Shown piece after piece: positions 22,101 through 32,000 of a stretch of DNA of 32,000 nt. The notes under the pieces were generated by a model. That model did not search any database and was not told the DNA's origin. It was given only the letters and a program-made list of their open reading frames with translations. A program made the translations under genes and the position numbers. Position 1 is the first letter of the stretch; every line of letters begins with the position of its first letter. The DNA comes from Mycoplasmoides genitalium G37 (GTDB lineage: Bacteria > Bacillota_I > Bacilli_A > Mycoplasmatales > Mycoplasmoidaceae): the NCBI RefSeq assembly GCF_000027325.1, contig NC_000908.2:240001-272000 (forward strand), in the 5' to 3' direction.

Positions 22101-24594
22101 AGTACAAGCTCAGCTAGAACTGGAACGTGAACAACACCAGTTAAACCTTGAGCAAACTGCTTTCAACCAAGCTAATGAATCACTTTTAAAACAACGTGAA
22201 CAACTCACCAAAAAGATCCAAGCTTTCCACTATGAGTTGAAAAAGCGTAACCAATTCTTAGCTTTAAAAGGGAAAAGGTTGTTTGCAAAAGAGCAAGATC
22301 AACAACGCAAAGATCAGGAGATCAACTGACGCTTTAAACAGTTTGAAAAGGAATATACTGATTTTGATGAAGCTAAGAAAAGGGAACTTGAAGAGCTTGA
22401 AAAGATCAGAAGAAGTTTAAGTCAAAGCAACGTTGAATTAGAGAGAAAAAGAGAAAAACTGGCTACTGATTTCACTAATTTAAATAAGGTTCAACACAAC
22501 ACCCAAATTAACCGTGATCAACTTAACAGTCAGATCAGACAGTTCTTATTAGAACGCAAAAACTTCCAACGCTTTAGTAATGAAGCTAATGCTAAAAAAG
22601 CCTTTTTAATTAAGCGCTTAAGAAGCTTTGCATCCAATCTAAAACTCCAAAAAGAAGCGTTAGCAATCCAAAAACTAGAGTTTGATAAGCGTGATGAACA
22701 ACAGAAAAAAGAGTTACAGCAAGCTACTTTACAACTAGAACAGTTCAAGTTTGAAAAGCAAAACTTTGACATTGAAAAACAACGCCAACTAGTTGCTATT
22801 AAAACTCAGTGTGAAAAACTTAGTGATGAAAAAAAGGCACTAAACCAAAAGCTAGTTGAACTAAAAAACTTATCCCAAACCTATCTTGCTAATAAGAATA
22901 AGGCTGAATACTCCCAGCAACAACTCCAACAGAAATACACCAATTTACTTGATCTGAAGGAAAACTTAGAGAGAACCAAAGATCAATTAGATAAAAAACA
23001 TCGTTCTATCTTCGCTAGATTAACTAAGTTTGCAAATGACTTACGTTTTGAAAAAAAGCAACTGTTAAAAGCACAGCGCATAGTTGATGATAAAAACCGT
23101 CTTTTGAAAGAAAATGAACGTAACCTCCATTTCCTTTCCAATGAAACAGAACGAAAACGAGCAGTTCTCGAAGATCAAATTTCTTACTTTGAAAAACAAC
23201 GTAAACAAGCTACTGATGCGATCCTAGCATCACATAAAGAAGTTAAAAAGAAGGAAGGTGAACTGCAAAAGTTACTGGTTGAATTAGAAACAAGAAAAAC
23301 CAAACTCAACAATGATTTTGCAAAATTCTCAAGACAACGTGAAGAGTTTGAAAACCAACGCTTAAAGCTCTTGGAACTGCAAAAAACCCTGCAAACCCAA
23401 ACTAATTCCAACAACTTTAAAACCAAAGCAATCCAAGAGATTGAAAACAGTTATAAAAGGGGGATGGAAGAACTTAACTTCCAAAAGAAGGAGTTTGATA
23501 AGAATAAATCACGCTTATATGAATACTTTAGAAAGATGCGTGATGAGATTGAAAGAAAGGAAAGTCAGGTTAAGTTAGTTTTAAAAGAGACCCAAAGGAA
23601 AGCCAACCTCTTAGAAGCACAAGCCAACAAACTTAACATTGAAAAAAACACTATTGACTTTAAAGAAAAAGAGTTAAAAGCCTTTAAAGATAAGGTTGAT
23701 CAAGACATTGATTCAACCAATAAACAACGCAAGGAGTTAAATGAGCTTTTAAATGAAAACAAGTTATTACAACAATCACTAATCGAAAGAGAAAGGGCTA
23801 TTAATTCCAAAGATTCACTTCTAAATAAGAAGATAGAAACGATTAAACGCCAACTCCATGATAAGGAGATGCGGGTGTTGCGCTTGGTTGATAGAATGAA
23901 ATTAGCAGAACAGAAATACCAAACAGAAATCAACCGCTTAAGAACCCAAACTTTCGATTCTGAAAAACAAGACATTAAAAACTTCTTCCCACCGTTATTT
24001 AAAATTAACGGTAATGATATGGCCTTTCCTTACTTGTACCCCTGACTATATCCTCAACAAAAGCAAGATGATAATACTCTGCAAATTCGTCAGCTTTTTG
24101 AACAGCAGCTGCAGTTCATGCAACAACGCTATGAAAATGAGTTAAATGAATTGCGTAGACAACGTAATTTACTTGAGAAAAAACTTGATCAAATCCAACT
24201 AGAATCCCAACTTAATAATAAGCAAAGTGAGTTTAGTAAGGTGGAATCAATGATGGAAAAACTACTTGAAAAAACTGAGAGTAGGTTAAATGATTTTGAT
24301 CAGAAAATTAACTATCTCACCAAGAAAGTTAACCAACACAACACCTATCAACCAAGTTCCTATCAACCAACTCCTTCTTATCAAGACAGTGATAAACAAC
24401 AGTTGTTATTTAGAATCCAAGAACTGGAAAAACAAAACTTATTCCAACAACAATTTCAACCTGCACCAGCTGTTGTCCAACAACCTACTAGTTTTGCAGC
24501 CCCTAACATCACCAAACAACAGCAAATTGCCCAACTTAATGCTGAAATTAACAACATTAAAAGGTTGATTGCCCAAAAAGCAGCAAGTAAATAA
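19177..24594 (+). CDS. hmw2: HMW2-like cytadherence/terminal organelle scaffold protein, giant coiled coil
   Basis: 1805 aa as one table-4 frame joining track ORFs 19177-22329, 23104-24045 and 24118-24594 (all same phase); nearly continuous K/E/Q/L heptads. Confidence 0.95.
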
Positions 24595-24596
24595 AG

Positions 24597-25637
24597 ATGG
24601 TTAATAATGAATATCAACAACTAAACACTTTAGTTGAGAGTGATGATGAAGCGGATCTTGTGATTGCTAACCTAGTTAAACAACTCAATGAACTAAAGCA
24701 AATCCTTGTTTCACTAGATAATCAAGAAGCAAGTGCCACTGCAGTTACTGATAAAAAGGAAGAGGAATACAACCAAAACCAATCCAGTTTCCATAACTTC
24801 AGCAAAGAAACACTGCAAAAGCAAGCAAAACGTGGTTTTCTTTTACTGGAACGCTGTTCGTTGGTTGGGTTACAACAACTAGAGTTGGAGTATGTTAATT
24901 TGTTGGGCAGAAGTTTTGATTCTTATCAACAAAAAACAGAGCTTTTAAACAACTTAAAGGAGCTTGTTGATGAACATTTCAGTGATACTGAAAAAATTAT
25001 CAATACCCTTGAAAAGATCTTTGATGTTATTGGCGGTAGTGAATATACCCCTGTCTTAAACTCGTTTTTTAACAAGCTTTTAAGTGATCCTGATCCAATC
25101 CAACGGGAAATTGGCTTAAGACAATTTATCATCACTCTCCGTCAGCGCTTTAAAAAGTTATCACAAAAGATTGACAGTTCTCTCAAACAGATAGAAACAG
25201 AGGCTAAAATAGCCACTGAACAGGTTCAAAATAGTGAAGTGATGTTCGGTCCCCCTGATATTGCTAATGATCATGAGTTAAACCTGAACTGACCTGATAG
25301 TGAAACAGATGCTATCTTAAGTTCAATGGAAAATGAATTGGAAGCTGCTTTATTAGCAAAACACCAAGAAGAACCACCGTTAATTGTTACCCCACCCAGC
25401 TTAATAAAACCAACTGTTAGTCAACCTGAAGTTGAAGTTGTTACACCTACTAACAACACTAATTTCCAACCCCAAGTTGATCTCAAACCTACTGATTTGA
25501 AAAAACAACAGAAGAAAAAACCACTTAACTTTATTACCCGTCCTGTTTTCAAAAGTAATTTGCCACCGAAACTAAGTAAGGATGACATAGTTCATTATGC
25601 GCACCAGTTACTTGAAAAAAATACCCATAATGAATAG
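24597..25637 (+). CDS. P41-like cytoskeletal protein of the HMW2 operon
   Basis: 346 aa joining 24597-25292 and 25326-25637 through TGA(Trp); coiled-coil rich, directly 3' of hmw2. Confidence 0.83.
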
Positions 25638-26043
25638 TGATAGTGATCTAAAACTCCAAAAGGTGTGGATCGAGCGGCATGTTGATCAAGATGAACTTAG
25701 TTTAACAACTACTGCAGTTGAACTTAAAAAGAGTGATGAACAAAAACCTGTTGCCATTAAAAGTAGTGACTTTATTGGTCATGAAGAGTTAATCTCTGTT
25801 CCAGTTTTACTAATCCCAACCCCTGTTGTTAAAGAGATTGATCAACCAGCAGTTATTCCTCCAGTTAAAGCAAAACCAAAAGCAACTAAAAAGAAAACTC
25901 CTGTTAAATCAAAACCAACTAGTAAATCAACTAAACAAACAAAACCTAAACAATCCAAGCCCAAATCAAAACAAGTTCAACAAACCAAAGCTAAACCAAC
26001 CCAAATTCAAACAAAAAAAAGCAATAAAAAAACCAGATCTTAA
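25630..26043 (+). CDS. P24-like protein of the HMW2 operon, K/P/Q-rich basic tail
   Basis: 137 aa from ATG 25630 (ATGA-type overlap with the P41 gene); the track's in-frame start at 25597 would give 148 aa. Tail KSKPTSKSTKQTKPKQSKPKSKQVQQTK. Confidence 0.78.
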   Translation: MNSDSDLKLQKVWIERHVDQDELSLTTTAVELKKSDEQKPVAIKSSDFIGHEELISVPVLLIPTPVVKEIDQPAVIPPVKAKPKATKKKTPVKSKPTSKSTKQTKPKQSKPKSKQVQQTKAKPTQIQTKKSNKKTRS

Positions 26044-26055
26044 TCTGGTTTTTTT
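26026..26055. terminator. Intrinsic terminator of the organelle operon, probably bidirectional
   Basis: AAAAAAACCAGAT-CTTA-ATCTGGTTTTTTT with A- and T-tracts on both sides; lies between convergent genes. Confidence 0.85.
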
Positions 26056-26074
26056 AGTGTTAACAACAGTAGTT

Positions 26075-26356
26075 TTAACTAAAAACTGGAAAGGAATAGG
26101 AAGAACTACCTGGGGTTAATCCTAGTTTAAACCGTGCGGTGTTAAAGTAATTGCTTTTAGAGCGATAACTATTATTTTTATTCTCATTATCATCATCAGA
26201 ACCATTGGCATTAGCTGTGGTACTTTGAAAAATGTCATTTACTGCATGTGCAACCCCAGTAAGTGCATTAACTATCATAATAAGTCCTGCACTAAAAGTT
26301 CAGAAAGATAATCCACCAACAACTTGCTTAGCTTGTGCTTTTTCTAATTTATACAT
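26075..26356 (-). CDS. Small protein of unknown function with double-glycine-leader-like N-terminus and hydrophobic segment
   Basis: 93 aa across one TGA(Trp): MYKLEKAQAKQVVGGLSFWTFSAGLIMIVNALTGVAHAVNDIFQSTTANANGSDDDNENKNNSYRSKSNYFNTARFKLGLTPGSSSYSFPVFS*. Strong Shine-Dalgarno AAAGGAG just upstream (CAAAAGGAGTTATATG). Confidence 0.82.
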
Positions 26357-26421
26357 ATAACTCCTTTTGTCTATTAATCACATCTAAATCTAAAAGTGCC
26401 AAAGTTTTATAATTGATCAAC

Positions 26422-26498
26422 TGTCATCATAGCTCAATAGGACAGAGTATCAGCTTGCGGAGCTGAGGGTTACAGGTTCGATTCCTGTTGGTGACGCC
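26422..26498 (+). tRNA. tRNA-Arg(GCG)
   Basis: GTCATCA-TA-GCTC-AATAGGACA-GAGT-A-TCAGC-TTGCGGA-GCTGA-GGGTT-ACAGG-TTCGATT-CCTGT-TGGTGAC-GCCA; all stems pair. Confidence 0.94.
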
Positions 26499-26510
26499 AT
26501 TAACTTTATT

Positions 26511-26542
26511 TGCCTATCAGTTAAATAACTGGTAGGCTTTTT
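26511..26542 (+). terminator. Intrinsic terminator after tRNA-Arg
   Basis: GCCTATCAGTT-AAAT-AACTGGTAGGC followed by TTTTTT. Confidence 0.9.
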
Positions 26543-26575
26543 TATTGTTTTGTAGTTTATCAAGGGTTAATTTAA

Positions 26576-28010
<1,435 letters not shown>

Positions 28011-28011
28011 T

Positions 28012-29247
28012 ATGTACAAACCAAAAAATATTAACAGCGTATTAACCTTTTATAAGGATCAGATCCAACTGGTTGTTAGTGATGATCAAAACCAGTTCAA
28101 CATCTTGTTTTACCAAACAATTGATAACGATGGCTTTTATTCAAAACAACAGTTGAAAAACAAACTAAGACTCAAGTTAGCATTAAACCAACTAGTTGAT
28201 CAAGCTAACTATTTTCTTGGTTTTAAACTGGAAAAGGTAGTTGTTGTTCTCGCTGAACTGATTGATGATTTGAAGATCCATAATTTCAAGAGTGAGATCT
28301 TTTTTACTGGTTATGATTTTGATCATAAAGCGATGATTAAAAAAGAAAAACAACGCTTTTGTGAGCAAAATAACCAACTAACAGTTATGGATACAATGGT
28401 TTTAAACTACCATGATGTTATTAACAATAAGATCACCAAAAGCTTTGCATTTAACAAGAGCTATGTAGCTAATTTAGTGGCATATTCCTCTAAAAGTAAC
28501 CTGATCGGGGAGTTGAAGTTCTTTTTAAAAAGAAACGTTAATCTTAAGGTTAAGAAAATTATTAGTCACCACTTAGCATTAGCCAACTCCTTAAGTAAGA
28601 AACAAAACAACATGTTTGTTTATTTAGGACAAAAAACTACTGAACTGATGCTATTTATGGACAATGCTTTAGTTGATGTTATTACCAACCAGTTTGGTAA
28701 AAACCACTTTATTGATATTCCAGCTAACCAGGAAAACAAACCACTGCTTGAGTTTTTAGTTGATAACACCACTAAGATTGGTGATTGTTATTCGCTTGGT
28801 ATGACCTATACAGATGGTGATAGTTACAAAGAGATTAAGGCTTTGACTATTGGTGATTTAATGCAAACAGTTAGTGACAAGATCAAAACCTTAATTGATT
28901 TTATTAACAGTGGTTCTCTAACTTTTTTCAACAAGTTTAAAACCTTACCTAAGCTATTGTATTTTTATACAAGATCAAAACAAATTACCAACCTTTTTCA
29001 AGCTAATGTTGCACTTATCAATCCCCAGTTTAAAACTGTTGATATTTATAAGAACAAGATCCAGTTTATTAGTGAAAACTACCTGTTAAGCTGTGAAGCG
29101 ATTAGCTTGCAGATTACCAATAGAATCAAAAACCAAATTAGTTTTGATTTCACAAATGCTGATAATATTCAAAAACCTAAACCAAAAAAACACTTCATGA
29201 TCTTATCAAAACACCTAACAAAGTTTGTCCAACGCTTGGTTAAATAA
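28012..29247 (+). CDS. Hypothetical protein in the FtsA position between rsmH and ftsZ
   Basis: 411 aa from MYKPKNINSVLTF (the track's extended start at 27979 overlaps rsmH). Segment NNMFVYLGQKTTELMLFMDNALVDVITNQFG resembles an actin-fold phosphate-2 loop. Confidence 0.85.
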   Translation: MYKPKNINSVLTFYKDQIQLVVSDDQNQFNILFYQTIDNDGFYSKQQLKNKLRLKLALNQLVDQANYFLGFKLEKVVVVLAELIDDLKIHNFKSEIFFTGYDFDHKAMIKKEKQRFCEQNNQLTVMDTMVLNYHDVINNKITKSFAFNKSYVANLVAYSSKSNLIGELKFFLKRNVNLKVKKIISHHLALANSLSKKQNNMFVYLGQKTTELMLFMDNALVDVITNQFGKNHFIDIPANQENKPLLEFLVDNTTKIGDCYSLGMTYTDGDSYKEIKALTIGDLMQTVSDKIKTLIDFINSGSLTFFNKFKTLPKLLYFYTRSKQITNLFQANVALINPQFKTVDIYKNKIQFISENYLLSCEAISLQITNRIKNQISFDFTNADNIQKPKPKKHFMILSKHLTKFVQRLVK

Positions 29248-29249
29248 CT

Positions 29250-30359
29250 ATGGATGAAAATGAAACTCAATTCAACAAGTTAAACCAAGTTAAAAACAAG
29301 CTGAAAATTGGTGTTTTTGGGATTGGAGGTGCTGGTAATAACATTGTTGATGCATCACTTTATCACTATCCTAATTTAGCAAGTGAAAACATCCACTTTT
29401 ATGCTATAAATTCAGATTTACAACACCTTGCATTTAAAACGAATGTTAAAAATAAACTCTTAATTCAAGACCATACTAACAAGGGCTTTGGAGCGGGGGG
29501 TGATCCAGCTAAAGGAGCTAGTTTAGCAATAAGCTTTCAAGAACAGTTTAATACACTTACAGATGGGTATGATTTTTGTATCTTAGTTGCTGGATTTGGT
29601 AAGGGTACTGGTACAGGTGCTACCCCAGTTTTTAGCAAGATCTTAAAAACTAAGAAGATCTTAAATGTTGCTATTGTTACCTATCCATCTTTAAACGAGG
29701 GATTAACAGTGAGAAACAAAGCCACTAAGGGGCTTGAAATTCTCAACAAAGCAACTGATAGTTACATGCTATTTTGTAATGAAAAATGTACAAATGGTAT
29801 CTACCAACTAGCAAACACAGAGATAGTCAGTGCCATTAAAAACCTAATAGAACTAATTACTATTCCTTTGCAGCAAAACATTGATTTTGAAGATGTACGT
29901 GCCTTTTTTCAAACCAAAAAAACTAACCAAGATCAACAGCTTTTTACTGTTACTCACCCCTTTAGTTTTAGCTTTGATAGTAAAGATAGTATAGAACAGT
30001 TTGCTAAACAGTTTAAGAACTTTGAAAAAGTTAGTTATTTTGACCACTCTATAGTAGGAGCTAAAAAAGTGTTATTGAAAGCTAACATTAACCAAAAGAT
30101 AGTCAAGCTTAACTTCAAGCAGATCCAAGATATTATCTGAACTAAAATTGACAACTACCAACTTGAGATTAGGTTAGGGGTTGATTTTGTGACAACCATC
30201 CCTAATATCCAAATTTTTATCCTCAGTGAACACAAAAATCCAGTTTCGCTTCCCATTGATAATAAATCAACTGAAAACAACCAAAATAAGTTGAAACTTT
30301 TAGATGAGCTGAAAGAACTTGGCATGAAATATGTTAAGCACCAAAACCAAATCTACTAA
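29250..30359 (+). CDS. ftsZ: Cell division protein FtsZ, divergent
   Basis: 369 aa across TGA 30138-30140; KIGVFGIGGAGNNIVDASL, FYAINSDLQHL, GAGGDPAKGASLA, LVAGFGKGTGTGATPVFSKI. Confidence 0.95.
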
Positions 30360-30404
30360 TTAATTTAATTTATCGTTTAGAATTGCTATCTTAAGCAATA
30401 GTTT

Positions 30405-31874
30405 ATGGGTCAAATCAATCGGAAGTTTAGCGAAAAGCAGTTCTTACTTTTTGTTGTTAACTATATTGCTGGATTTGGCTTTATTGCTACTGCTATCTCA
30501 CTGTTTCGCTTAGGACCTTTTTCTTGGTTAATCTTTCTGCTTGTTAGCTTAGTTAGTTTAATTGTTACCTTATCATTCGCACGGCTTTCATCAATAGATA
30601 GTCAAAACTATGGTGGGCCTTATCTTTGGGCTAAGAAAGCGGTTGATAAAGAGAAGATAGCAGGGAGAATGTTTAGCTTTTTTACGGGGTGAAATAACTT
30701 TATCATTGGTCCTCTTTCAGCAGCAACTGCACCACTTTTTATCCTCAATTCCTTTAGTGGTATTGATGGGATTAGAGGTAACTTAGTTAACACTTGAATC
30801 CTAATTGCAATAGGTTTTTCTTTTTATGTATTACTAGCATTTATCTCAACCAAAGGAACCTCACTAAACAAGAAACTAATAGCACTATTTGCTTCAGTAA
30901 AGTGGATTGTGATCCTCTCAGCACTAATAGTAGCAATCTATGTTATTGCTAGAGATGGTAATGGTTATAGTCAAAACAATAACTTAGAAAGTGGTTTTTT
31001 TGGGAGAAGAGAGATTAGTTTTGCACAGATAGCAACGGTATTTATTACCTTCTTTTATTCTTATGCAGGGGTTGAAGATATCTCAGTGATGACTCCTGAT
31101 GTTAAAACTAATAACTTTAGAAAGATATTAATTGTCTCTTTTATAGCAGTTTTCCTCTTTTATTTCATTGGGATTATTATTCTAAATGGTTTGCAAAACA
31201 TTGCTCAAAGAGGTGGGGAAGCCAATTCAATTGGTAATGTAGCGGATATCTTTAAAAAAGCTGCTGGGCTTGGGACTTTAATCTTTTATGGAGTTGGAGC
31301 ATTGTTTAACAATGTCTCAACCAGACTTTCAACTATTATTGCCAACTCCAGAAAGATTCTTCCGCTTGCTTATGATAACTATTTACCTAGTTTCTTTTAC
31401 AAGCAAAACAAAAAAGGTGAGTTTCAGAATGCAATTTGGTTTACCTTTGGTACTACTTTAATTGCAATGACTTTGCTTGTCTTTATCCCTTTAGTTGCTT
31501 CTAACTTTGATTTTGATAATGCTACTGAGTATGCAGCATCTGTTGGCTCAGCTGCAACTTTGCTACAATATATTTTTGTTTTTTTTATAATCTTTAAGTT
31601 TATCTATAAAAAAGAACCACTCTACCAGAAAAAATGGGTTAAAACAACTGAAGAATTATTGTTTTGTTTAGGAACAATTGTCATTGTTTTAATGTTGTTG
31701 GTTTATCTGTTTCCTGTTATAGATGGATTTTCAAAATGGGAAACTAAACACACATTAACAATTGTGTTATATGGGGTTTTAAGCCTGATAGGATTGGTAC
31801 TTTTTTTGCTCCAAGAATACAAACATAAAAACAAGCAAAATGCAAACAAACAAACAACCCAAACAACAGTTTAG
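30405..31874 (+). CDS. APC-superfamily amino-acid permease
   Basis: 489 aa polytopic membrane protein across TGA codons: [28 protein letters not shown]...[23 protein letters not shown]... Confidence 0.9.
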
Positions 31875-32000
31875 TGAAAAGCAATTCATTGCTTTTGTCT
31901 TTAACTATATTGCTGGATTTGGCTTTATATCAGTGGTGATGACCATGTTTGATGTTGGGCCATTTTCCTATCTTGTTTTAGGGTTAACTTCGTTTGCTAT
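31840..32000 (+). CDS. Second APC-superfamily permease, tandem paralog, 5' part only (truncated by window)
   Basis: [53 protein letters not shown]; not in the supplied track; N-terminus very similar to the preceding gene. Confidence 0.87.
   Translation, partial: MQTNKQPKQQFSEKQFIAFVFNYIAGFGFISVVMTMFDVGPFSYLVLGLTSFA

Noticed and set aside
24290-24568. 92-aa alternative frame inside hmw2 (MILIRKLTISPRKLT...)
   Set aside because: Overlaps the coiled-coil frame; low-complexity by-product with no independent start signal.
25826-26119. 97-aa alternative frame over the P24 tail (MLKRLINQQLFLQLKQNQKQ...)
   Set aside because: Arises from the K/Q/P-rich repeat-like tail of the real gene; runs through the terminator hairpin.

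Overview
The window is a gene-dense, AT-rich segment from a Mollicute that reads TGA as Trp (translation table 4). Gene order and protein content match the Mycoplasma genitalium / M. pneumoniae lineage, very probably M. genitalium around MG203-MG226; this comes from recognising families and order, not from a database search. The supplied ORF track uses TGA as a stop, so many real genes appear fragmented, and I rejoined them here. Order: 3' end of a hypothetical CDS; tRNA-Thr(GGT) (-); parE; parC; hrcA (-); uvrC; a metallophosphoesterase; tsaB-like (-); RluA/RluD-like pseudouridine synthase (-); lspA (-); a hypothetical protein; rpsU; a DivIVA/GpsB-like protein; acpS; plsC; scpA; scpB; pfkA; pyk; an eight-tRNA cluster (Cys, Pro, Met, Ile2-like CAT, Ser, fMet, Asp, Phe); the terminal-organelle cytoskeleton operon (P65-like, HMW2, P41-like, P24-like); a small unassigned ORF (-) with a double-glycine-like N-terminus; tRNA-Arg(GCG); a reduced dcw cluster (mraZ, rsmH, a possible divergent FtsA, ftsZ) behind four 10-bp-spaced MraZ-type boxes; and two overlapping tandem paralogous amino-acid permeases. 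I see no CRISPR array, transposon, rRNA or restriction/defence locus. The best candidates for under-described biology are the 93-aa GG-motif peptide at 26075-26356, the FtsA-position protein at 28012-29247, and a possible internal translation start near the 3' end of hmw2.
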